Assembly (NCBI GenBank): GCA_963775465.1
Contig: CAVZIW010000001.1
Coordinates: forward strand, 32,001-96,000
Reading direction: 5' to 3'
DNA length: 64,000 nucleotides
Origin: Candidatus Bathyarchaeota archaeon
GTDB lineage: Archaea > Thermoproteota > Bathyarchaeia > Bathyarchaeales > Bathycorpusculaceae
The notes beneath the pieces are model-generated. The model was not told where the DNA came from. It did no database searches and was given only the letters and a program-made list of their open reading frames with translations. The position numbers were made by a program, and so were the translations under genes. This document shows positions 1 to 13,015 of the stretch, piece by piece. How positions within the stretch are numbered: the first letter of the stretch is position 1; each line of letters begins with the position of its first letter.

Positions 1-179
1 AAGTTGGCTTTTTAACTGTCGGTTTCATCTTCTCCACCTATTTGTCCATTTGCTTGGCACATAAATAAGTTGCAATGGGATTTAAAGGCTCACCTGAGAT
101 AATCCTTACGAAAGCGCGCACACACGTACGCTCTTAAAGTCAAGCACTTATATTATAAATAATCGTTAGATGATAGAAA

Positions 180-857
180 ATGGGGTTACTTAGCTCTATC
201 ACGGTGCCGCTGCTTAGAACACAACCATTTGAAATGCAAGAACTTGATACACTTGCAGAGAATATGCAAGCAACTTCAATCCTTAAAAAAGATAGGCTCC
301 ACCGCTATTACAAATCGAGTATTCTTCCCATCCCTTGCATAGCCTACTCTGACGCGCTGGTTTTTAACTCAAATTATTACCAAATGCTTTCGCCTGATGA
401 GGTTCTTGCTATTGGCGCCCACGAATTTAATCACATGGCAAAAAGGCATATTGTAAAGAGGTTACCTCGAACGATTCTTCCTGCAGCAGTACTTGCCGTT
501 TTGATAGGTTACCTGTTTTTTATTACCTCTGTCTCATTTCTGTTCATTGCATCAGCAGTGATTATGTCTTTCTTTTTCTTTTTGTTTTGTTCGTATTATG
601 CTAACGCTGAATGGTTTAGAAAACAAGAAACTGAATCTGACCTTCGCGCTGTCGAGTTCGCTAATGGGGCTGCCATGATATCTGCGCTGTCGAGACTTCG
701 TCCACAAAAAACAAGTTGGCTTTCTAAATTAATTCCACATATACATCCCACTATAGAACAAAGAATACGTAATATTCAAGCGGTTATGAACACTAAAAAT
801 TCATTTAACTTTACTGTCACTTTTGGTGACAGCACTTCTAAGCAACAGACAAACTAA
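180..857 (+). CDS. M48/HtpX-like Zn-dependent membrane metallopeptidase
   Basis: HExxH motif (AHEFNH), two hydrophobic helices, downstream E..SD and HP...RI motifs typical of M48. Confidence 0.8.
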   Translation: MGLLSSITVPLLRTQPFEMQELDTLAENMQATSILKKDRLHRYYKSSILPIPCIAYSDALVFNSNYYQMLSPDEVLAIGAHEFNHMAKRHIVKRLPRTILPAAVLAVLIGYLFFITSVSFLFIASAVIMSFFFFLFCSYYANAEWFRKQETESDLRAVEFANGAAMISALSRLRPQKTSWLSKLIPHIHPTIEQRIRNIQAVMNTKNSFNFTVTFGDSTSKQQTN

Positions 858-1077
858 TTTGTTAGTGCTCCATTGTACGCTTCTGTTAATGTCGATGAAA
901 TTATTTCGGTTTGTTTGCAAGATAAGCGTAATCTGTAGAGATCCAGTTCTTGCCCATCAGATTTTTGTCTTCAAGTAATGCGGTATTTTTGCGTGAGGGT
1001 GTTCAGTGTCAGACTTTTGTTAACCCTCAATTAGAAGGTTGACTCTAAACAATTATAATGGGTTTGAATCAGGAATT

Positions 1078-1184
1078 TGGTGCGGTCGCGGAGATTTGAA
1101 CCCGGGTCGTCAGCGTGGCAGGTTTGCACGTTCATAGGATAGCTAATAAACTTGATGTCCTAGACCAAACTGGACTACGACCGG
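1078..1184 (-). tRNA. tRNA-Gly(GCC), degenerate, with ~29-nt intron-like insertion in the 5' anticodon stem; probable integration site
   Basis: Reverse complement reads CCGGTCGTAGTCCAGTTTGGTCTAGGACATCA-[insert ~1124-1152]-CTGCCACGCTGACGACCCGGGTTCAAATCTCCGCGACCGCA-CCA; C1:C72 and T-stem mismatches. Confidence 0.75.
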
Positions 1185-2687
1185 TCTGATGTTGTTTTGG
1201 GTTCCTAAGCCAACATTTTCGGAATAGCTTTGTTCGTCGGTTTTAGGTCTCTGGTCTAAGACATTCGTCAAATGCATTTTAAGTTTTATAATTTTATAAG
1301 TCTTCAGTTTTCGATAAAGTGCTACTTTATCTATGTCTTTAATCCATTCAAAGTCATCTTCGAGTAGTTCTATTTCTTGTTTCTTGGTTTTTGCTTCTTT
1401 GACTATGTATTTCTCTGTTGCGCCGTATCGTCGTGCTTTGCTCAGTTGTTTGTAGAGTAGTACATATCGCAATGAGTTGTGTCCGAGGAGGTACATGACG
1501 GCTTCAAAGTCTTTGTGGCTTAGGTCGTATTCTTCGGTTGCTCTCCAGTAGCGGAAAGTGTAGAAATCGATTTTTGTAAATTCAAGGTTGCCGAGTTTTT
1601 TGATTGCGCGCTTTCGCATCTTCCTAAAACTTTGGCCGCAGACGTGTTTGTTCTTGTAGTTGAAGATGAAGTTGGCTTTGGCATGGGGGAGTTCTTGTAG
1701 CATTTTGAGGAGTTTATCGGATATGGGCAGTATTCGTGGGTTGCATCCTTTTTCTGGATGCGAGATGTTTATCGTTTTGTTTGCGATGTCTATGTCTGTC
1801 CATTCGAGTCGGAATGCTTCGCCGGGTCTTGCTCCTGTTTCTTTTAGTGTTTGCATGAAGGTTGACAGTTGATTGCTGCCTGCTGAGGCTATCAGTTGAT
1901 CTAGAAATGCTTCTGGCGGCACGTATGGTAGGGGTCTTTTGAACTTGTATTTTGGTATGTCTGCTTTGATTTTGTGGTAGTTTAGGAATGCTTTGTAGGC
2001 TTTTGCTAGGTTATATTTTCGAATGTTTGTCTTGCTGTCTCCAAGCTGGCTCATTTTGTCTATGAAATTTTGGGGGTCGAATAGGTCGATGCCGAGTTTT
2101 ATGAGTGCTTGCAGGTTGTATCCATAAGCGTACAGGGTGTCTTCGGCGTAGTTTTGTCGTTTCAGATGCCAGATAAAGCTGATGACTGCACCTTTGAGGT
2201 CTTCTTTTTCGTGTTTTTGCGGAATGCAGATTGTTTTTTCTTCCGCACCCAAATTTTTCGTCTCCTTGACGCGTATTTGGCAATTAGAATCTATGTCACG
2301 TGGACTTTTTAATTCCATCGATTCAATCGTTTCAACTCGTTGCAACTTCTTGTTTGCTTCTTTGAGTTGCTTTGGATCGCTAAAGATGTATCCACATTCG
2401 CAGCACATCCAACGTTGAATTTCATAAAGATGCTTTTTCCAGTGACCTTGTTGCCAGACTTTGCCTTTACAACCTTTAGGGCAGCTTGGGACTTGGGAGC
2501 TAGTGCCAGCGGATTTTAGAAAAACCGACTTGCCTTTAGATTTTAGAACTGGCTTTTGTTCTTTGCCAAATACGATCCGTGGAGACGAATCAAACCGCAA
2601 GCCAACCCTCCCCTCACCTATCACTGATCTTATCTTGACTATCAGCAGCCTCATAAACTGCCAAATAAACCCCCAACTCCGCCACAA
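1143..2687 (-). CDS. Tyrosine recombinase/integrase with N-terminal Zn-ribbon; true start may be downstream of 2687
   Basis: TGARPGE (catalytic R), PEKG (K), YTFR (HxxR variant), LGH and downstream Tyr; CPKGC...CCEC ribbon; 3' end overlaps the tRNA. Confidence 0.9.
   Translation of the reverse strand: MWRSWGFIWQFMRLLIVKIRSVIGEGRVGLRFDSSPRIVFGKEQKPVLKSKGKSVFLKSAGTSSQVPSCPKGCKGKVWQQGHWKKHLYEIQRWMCCECGYIFSDPKQLKEANKKLQRVETIESMELKSPRDIDSNCQIRVKETKNLGAEEKTICIPQKHEKEDLKGAVISFIWHLKRQNYAEDTLYAYGYNLQALIKLGIDLFDPQNFIDKMSQLGDSKTNIRKYNLAKAYKAFLNYHKIKADIPKYKFKRPLPYVPPEAFLDQLIASAGSNQLSTFMQTLKETGARPGEAFRLEWTDIDIANKTINISHPEKGCNPRILPISDKLLKMLQELPHAKANFIFNYKNKHVCGQSFRKMRKRAIKKLGNLEFTKIDFYTFRYWRATEEYDLSHKDFEAVMYLLGHNSLRYVLLYKQLSKARRYGATEKYIVKEAKTKKQEIELLEDDFEWIKDIDKVALYRKLKTYKIIKLKMHLTNVLDQRPKTDEQSYSENVGLGTQNNIRPVVVQFGLGHQVY
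1161..1355. repeat. 195-bp direct repeat, copy 1 (tRNA 5' end plus integrase 3' end; att-like)
   Basis: Identical by eye to 24347-24541. Confidence 0.95.
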
Positions 2688-3583
2688 ACACTAACGCCCT
2701 AACCGTAGGATTCACCTTAACTTGCTCTCGACGACATGCCTCAGATCGCGCGATCGCTAATAAACAACCGAAATCAACCGTTTTATCGTTAGGAGAAATG
2801 ACGAGAGCCTTAAACAATTATGTTTAACCTCCTTCGACTTTATTATCAAAATCTATACTGTTTGTTTTCTTAATTTCGTCTTTTTCAAAACTGAGGTGAA
2901 ATGCTCCAAATCAGCAAGAATACAAAGGTATTCATGAATTTTTTCTACTTGTGAGACCCATCGTCATATTGCAGAATAGCGACGAGTCTTTGATAGTTTC
3001 AAAATGTTTTCCTTATGTAAACCAGCTTGGACTGTGCGGGCAATTCTTTGTAGCCTATCCTTTCTTGCTTTGCTCCATCTCTTCCAACCATGAATTTCAC
3101 CTTTTTTTGAGTGGGTATAATTGTGAGTGTATATGATCAAACATAGGTATTGTTTTTTTGTTTAGATAATAGTGTCTTTTCTTGTGAAAGCGTTTGTTTG
3201 TGTGTGTTGTAGTGTATGAGTCTATAGAGTGCAAAGAAGAAAGAAGAAAAACAAGACAAAATCACTAACACACTCATACACCTACACCTAAGTCTTGTTA
3301 GTCAAGAGACTCCCATTTTATCAGAAAATTTAGATTCAGCCAACTGTTTTCTTATTGCCTGTCTTATGAAACTACTTCGGCCAACTCCATTGAGATCTGC
3401 AATGTTGTCAATAAAATCAACAACTTCCTTTTCTTCTCTAAAAACAACCCATCTCTCTTTTCTTTTTCATTGGAATTTCACATTGTATATGTAATTGCAA
3501 TGGCTGAGAATTGCTTTGCAGGTTTACATTTCTCACGTATTAAATTTATTAGGAAAGAATAACACTTAGAGAATTCTGAAGAA

Positions 3584-7999
<4,416 letters not shown>

Positions 8000-8179
8000 A
8001 TTATTATTTAGCCTTAGATTTCTTTAATATCGTTTTTAACTTAAGAGGTTTGCTAAATAACCAAACTTCAATTCATCAACAAACAAAAAACTTGACGGCA
8101 ACGAAAACTAACTTTAGAAAAAAAGCTGCATTAATAATCCTTAAGCATCTAACGACCTAATTTACGATTTCTGCAAAGA

Positions 8180-8375
8180 CTAAGGGGCTTCTAGTTTTCT
8201 GCCGCACATTGGGCAGTCGACATGTACATGGTTTTGGTCTTTTAGGATCTGCGCTATTGATAGCTGGAGGTGGCAGTAAAAGCAGAAAAAGATCCTGCAC
8301 ACAGTGCAGTAGTAAACGCCGCCGCCAACCATCCTTCCGCACGCATCGCAAGGTCTAGAGCAACAAAAAATCCAT
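8180..8375 (-). CDS. Small RING-like Zn-finger protein (four CxxC), with +1 indel in a T6 run just after the ATG
   Basis: Frame reads CCSRPCDACGRMVGGGVYYCTVCRIFFCFYCHLQLSIAQILKDQNHVHVDCPMCGRKLEAP*; ATG at 8375 is in frame if the T6 run is T5. Confidence 0.6.
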
Positions 8376-8692
8376 AAAGAAAAAGGTGCGTTACTCTGAA
8401 ATTAAGGTAGATGTTAAACGACATCTACATACAGGAGAGAGATAGACAAAACTAACAATATGTTGGCGTTTCAAGTGCTTCTCTTTTCTCCCAAAATATT
8501 TTCCCCAGAATCTAATGAAACTAAAAAATGAGTGTATAAAACATTAACAAAATCATAAGAGTACTATGACACATCAGATTAATCGCTAGATTCTTTCTTC
8601 AACAGATTATTTTTCACAGTTGGCTATAAGAAAGTCTTAAAAACAAAATAAATTCATACTCTTTATCTGCCTAAAATTAGGCAGGAAAAATA

Positions 8693-11260
8693 ATGTTAAA
8701 AAAAGGATTTTTATCAATAGCAATTTTTCTGATAGTATCTATTGCGTCATCAACATTGCTTATACCAACTGCAACCGCTCACACACCTTCATGGGAAATC
8801 CCGACATTTGCATACATCAATGTGGCACCTGACCCAGTAGGGGTAGGTCAAGATGTGCTCGTGATTTTCTGGATTGACAAAACATTCGACGGAACAGCAA
8901 TAACCAACGACTACAGATTCCACAACTTTAAAGTGACTATTACAGCACCCAACGGCGATGTTGAAACGAAAACTGTTGACTACATCATGGACACAACCTC
9001 ATCTCAATTCATAAGTTACACTCCAACACAAGTAGGGACCTATACATTCGACTTCAACTTCCCAGGACAAGACTACAACACCTACAGTCACAATCCCAAT
9101 TCTGCATACGTTAACGACACATATCTGCCAAGTTCTGCATCAACAACATTAACGGTACAACAAGAACCTGTCTTAAAAGCACCCAACTACCCACTGCCAA
9201 CAGAGTACTGGACACGCCCAATAGAAGGACAAAATTCTGCCTGGTTCCAAATCGGCTCAAACTGGCTAGGAGGCTGGGGCTCAACCAACACCTATAACGT
9301 TCAACCCAACGGAATAGCACCCGAAACTCCACACATAATGTGGACAAAAGTACTGCAATATGGAGGAGTCGTCGGAGCTAACAACATAGGCGTAAACGGC
9401 TCAATGTACTATGCTGGAGAATCATACGAAGAACGATTCGCATACCCATTAATTATCCAAGGAACCTTGTTCTATCCACTTCCTCGAAGCAACTCAGCAC
9501 CAACAGGTCTTTCAGATTCCATAGGCGGCGGATACGTTGCAGTCGACCTAAGAACCGGTGAACAACTCTGGAAAAAAGATTTCGCGGTTAACCCAACTTT
9601 TGCTTCTTTAGAATGGTTTGACTCACCAAACCAACACGGAGTCATTCCCAACGGATACTTATGGGCAACCCAAGGCTCGACATGGATGGCAATTGACCCA
9701 ATAGACGGTGAAGGAATCTTTAACATCACCCATGTTCCAAGCGGAACAAGAGCATACGGTCCAAGCGGTGAAGTGCTACAGTACCAATTTGTGTCATCAG
9801 GTGCTTGGTTAGCTTTATGGAACCTTACCCAAGTCATCACTAACGGCGCAGTCGGCGCATTATCATTTACTGGTTATCGCCCAGTGGGACAAGAGCTTGA
9901 CTCGGCAACTCGTGACTCATACTCTTGGAACGTTTCAATATCTGGACTAGCAGGTTCAGGTTGGAGCATCCAAAGAGTCACTGACGACTTAGTACTAGTT
10001 ATGCGAGGCAACCTAGGAACATTCAGCAACCAAGGTGGAGCAACAATCGCTGCTATCAGTCTCGATTCGCATTCTACAGGGCAACTACTCTGGAGCAAAG
10101 AATACGCAGCGCCAGCCAACAACATCACTAGAATGCTCGGACCCGTTGATAGTGTAAACAGAGTTTTCACTATGGTCGATAAAGAAACGATGCAATGGTC
10201 AGGTTTCAGCTTAGATAATGGCAATCAGATTTGGGGTCCAGTTGGAGACTTCCGAGGATACCAATACTACAGCTCCAACATAGCAAGCTACAACGCAGGA
10301 TCCTACGCAGCAGCCTACGGTAAACTCTTTGTCTGCGGATTCGGTGGAATTACATACGCTTTTGACACTAAGAATGGAGAACTTTTATGGTCTTATGGCA
10401 ACGGTGGTGTTGGCAACTCAACAAACGACATGGGAGAAACGGCCTGGGGCAATCGCCCAACTTTCATAAGCAACATAGCTGACGGAAAAATCTACCTCTT
10501 CAACAACGAGCACTCAGCTAACTCACCTTATTATAAAGGGGCACTAGTAAGGTGTCTTAATTTCACAACAGGTGAGGAACTCTGGACACTTTCTTCCTGG
10601 GCAAGTGGTGGACCAACATTCTACTCTCAAGCTGGAGTAATTGCAGATGGTTTCTTAGCATACTTTAACACATATGATGGACAAGTCTACAGCGTTGGAA
10701 AAGGTCCAAGCAAAACCACTGTAGAAGCACCAATGGCTGCATTAACCCAAGGTCAATCACTGGTGATTCGCGGATCAGTTACCGACATCGCTGCAGGAAC
10801 AACTCAAAATGAGCAAAGCGCGCGATTCCCCAACGGAGTCCCCGCAGTTTCAGATGCAAGCATGAGTGACTGGATGGCGTATGTCTACATGCAAAAACCA
10901 CGCCCAACAAGCACAGAAGGTGTTCCTGTAACGTTAAGTGTTGTCGACACAAATGGCAACTACCGCGACATCGGAACCGCAACAACTGAAAATGGCTTCT
11001 TTAGCTATAATTGGACACCGGACATACCTGGCAAATACACTGTCTACGCTTCCTTCCAAGGATCAAAAGGTTACTGGCCATCAAATGCAATGAGCGCCTT
11101 CGCAGTTGACCCCGCACCCACAACACCCGTACCTACCGAAGTAACTCAAACAAACCTAGCAACCACTTCAGACGTGATGATGTTCTTAGCAGTCGGAGTT
11201 GTCGCTATAATCATTGCAGTAGCAGTAGCTACAGTTCTGATACTTAGGAAACGACCTTAA
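8693..11260 (+). CDS. PQQ-like beta-propeller surface protein (Bathyarchaeia-type) with signal peptide and C-terminal TM anchor
   Basis: Repeated D..TGE.LW blades, LPTEYWTRPI motif, P/T linker, TM helix and basic tail RKRP. Confidence 0.88.
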   Translation: MLKKGFLSIAIFLIVSIASSTLLIPTATAHTPSWEIPTFAYINVAPDPVGVGQDVLVIFWIDKTFDGTAITNDYRFHNFKVTITAPNGDVETKTVDYIMDTTSSQFISYTPTQVGTYTFDFNFPGQDYNTYSHNPNSAYVNDTYLPSSASTTLTVQQEPVLKAPNYPLPTEYWTRPIEGQNSAWFQIGSNWLGGWGSTNTYNVQPNGIAPETPHIMWTKVLQYGGVVGANNIGVNGSMYYAGESYEERFAYPLIIQGTLFYPLPRSNSAPTGLSDSIGGGYVAVDLRTGEQLWKKDFAVNPTFASLEWFDSPNQHGVIPNGYLWATQGSTWMAIDPIDGEGIFNITHVPSGTRAYGPSGEVLQYQFVSSGAWLALWNLTQVITNGAVGALSFTGYRPVGQELDSATRDSYSWNVSISGLAGSGWSIQRVTDDLVLVMRGNLGTFSNQGGATIAAISLDSHSTGQLLWSKEYAAPANNITRMLGPVDSVNRVFTMVDKETMQWSGFSLDNGNQIWGPVGDFRGYQYYSSNIASYNAGSYAAAYGKLFVCGFGGITYAFDTKNGELLWSYGNGGVGNSTNDMGETAWGNRPTFISNIADGKIYLFNNEHSANSPYYKGALVRCLNFTTGEELWTLSSWASGGPTFYSQAGVIADGFLAYFNTYDGQVYSVGKGPSKTTVEAPMAALTQGQSLVIRGSVTDIAAGTTQNEQSARFPNGVPAVSDASMSDWMAYVYMQKPRPTSTEGVPVTLSVVDTNGNYRDIGTATTENGFFSYNWTPDIPGKYTVYASFQGSKGYWPSNAMSAFAVDPAPTTPVPTEVTQTNLATTSDVMMFLAVGVVAIIIAVAVATVLILRKRP

Positions 11261-11271
11261 AAACTGCAATG

Positions 11272-11300
11272 AAAAACAACAATCCTTCCCTTTTTTTGTT
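11272..11300 (+). terminator. Oligo-T archaeal terminator
   Basis: AAAAACAACAATCCTTCCCTTTTTTTG; similar sequence after the paralogs at 15773-15813 and 31880-31903 (minus). Confidence 0.55.
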
Positions 11301-11364
11301 AAGAATGTCTGAGAGAAAAAAATGAGGCTAATGGAAGCAAATTTAAAACAATCAGAGGATAGAA

Positions 11365-11808
11365 ATGAAATCAATAGTGATATACTCTAGTAGAAGCGGT
11401 AACACACAAAAGATTGCGGCTGCAATTGCAGCTGAACTCTGCTGCGATTCAAAAAAAGTAACAAGAGCAAGCACAAACGATCAAATTGATTTAAACAAAT
11501 ATGACTTGATTTTTATCGGAACAGGTATCCATTACGGCAACCCAAATGAAGACTTGATGGCTTTCCTCAAAAACTGCGCTTTATCATCTCCAAAAAAGAT
11601 TGCCATTTTTGTTACTTGGGGCGGAGCAGGAAAAACTAATCAAGATGTAGTTGCCAAACTTAAGGCTGTCTTGGAGCCCAATGGTCAAAAGTCTATTGAA
11701 GATTGTTTCTTTTGTTATGGCGGTTGGAATTTTTTGAAACGTGGACACCCTAAGGCTGAAGAAGTTAAAGCTGCAAAAGATTGGGCAAAGAATACAGCTC
11801 AAATTTAA
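11365..11808 (+). CDS. Flavodoxin family protein
   Basis: IVIYSSRSGNTQKIA FMN-binding loop; YDLIFIGT; AIFVTWGG. Confidence 0.88.
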   Translation: MKSIVIYSSRSGNTQKIAAAIAAELCCDSKKVTRASTNDQIDLNKYDLIFIGTGIHYGNPNEDLMAFLKNCALSSPKKIAIFVTWGGAGKTNQDVVAKLKAVLEPNGQKSIEDCFFCYGGWNFLKRGHPKAEEVKAAKDWAKNTAQI

Positions 11809-11948
11809 TTAAATCGCTATTTTTCAAGAGTATAATTGCCTTTGCTACTTAAAGTAACATATACTGCGTATTCGAAGAGTGTTTAAAGAAAAAATTGAGA
11901 GTATAATGAATTTGTAGAAAAGTTTCTCAGAAAAAAAGAGCTGGGTGT

Positions 11949-12268
11949 TTATCTTGCCCAGCAGGGTCCGTAGCCATAACCATAGCCGTATCCATAGTTA
12001 CTAGCTAGGGTTGATAGGGCGCAGGCGCTGGAGCTGATCCGTCTGTTGGCGCTGGAGGAGCTACATATTGGCCGGCGTATGCTTGGTTTGTTGCGTATCC
12101 GAAGCAGTTGCCTAGCCATCCCCAGAAGCCGTTGTTGGGTGCAGCTTGGTTGGGGCTTGAAGTTGTGTATGGTTGGTTTGCGATCATTTGGGCTGAAGCT
12201 AACCCCACTGCGACCAGGGTTAGTGCTGCGACTGCGATTAAGGCTATTGCGATTTTTGTTTTTTGCAT
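11949..12268 (-). pseudogene. Small secreted Gly/Tyr-rich protein (paralog of 28751-29068), frameshifted near 12005
   Basis: Same signal peptide and GF.GW.GNCFGY motif; the YGYGYGYGPCWAR* tail is present one frame off. Confidence 0.7.
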
Positions 12269-12301
12269 TTTTTTATCACCATATTAGTATATGTGCATAA
12301 A

Positions 12302-12348
12302 GGCTTATAGTAGTTGCCTGAAACAAAACTGAAACAGACATGAAACAG
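12302..12348 (-). promoter_or_regulatory. TATA-like box plus three TGAAAC(A) direct repeats at 11-bp spacing
   Basis: TGAAAC at 12319, 12330, 12341; conserved at 29121, 29132, 29144 upstream of the paralog. Confidence 0.55.
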
Positions 12349-12484
12349 AGCAAATCAACAATCTCCTGCCTAAATTCAAGACCCTATTGGTTAACACTTT
12401 CATTTACCAGTGCACTTCACACAAAATACTCATCAACATTCGATTAATTAGACACCAATTCAAAAGAGCTCAAGGATGAGTTAG

Positions 12485-12655
12485 TTGTGTAACGATTGTG
12501 CTTTTAGGACGTGTGATTCCTGTGGAGAATAGATTGCAACGTTCTGCTGTGACAACTGCAAAATTCGACTATGCTACAAATGCAACCTTAACATGGCAAT
12601 TAGAGGGCTAAAGAAGAGTGGGGAATGCCCCATGTGCAAAGAAAAACTACACTAA
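12485..12655 (+). pseudogene. Small RING-like Zn-finger protein with one in-frame TAG (12530-12532)
   Basis: TTG-start frame reads MCNDCAFRTCDSCGE*IATFCCDNCKIRLCYKCNLNMAIRGLKKSGECPMCKEKLH*. Confidence 0.6.
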
Positions 12656-13015
12656 GTCTCTACATTGATTATTTTGCCAAACATATGTATCGCATTTAAA
12701 GAGTGTTCTTTTTTTCAGATAAAATGAAGAGTAAGTAAAAGCTGCGAAGTTAGCCTCAACTCCTTGTAGCGCCCGCTGTTCTTTGGATTTGGTCAATCGT
12801 TCCAGAAAAATCTAAGAAATTTCTAACTCTTGCGAATGCTAGAATATCGCAAGCATCAATTACTTTGATAAGCATTTCCAATCGATTGAACCTTCTTGGA
12901 GGTTTATTTATTGGTGACAACACCACTTTTTGGCAAAATTTAAATGCATTTCACAAAATAAGTGGAACTGTGCGAAATACAAGCGCACCATTAAAATTTG
13001 GAGAAAATAAAAAAT

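Noticed and set aside
2880-3136. Short ORFs upstream of the integrase (possible wHTH remnant on the minus strand)
   Set aside because: Fragmented, with no motif that can be supported by eye
8157-8351. 64-aa ORF from the track
   Set aside because: Wrong frame; the overlapping frame encodes the four-CxxC Zn finger
12005-12532. Genome-wide TAG recoding (pyrrolysine) suggested by in-frame TAGs
   Set aside because: TAG serves as a normal stop at 23946, 26131, 35547 and 63227; the TAG at 12005 results from a frameshift; no pyl genes in the window
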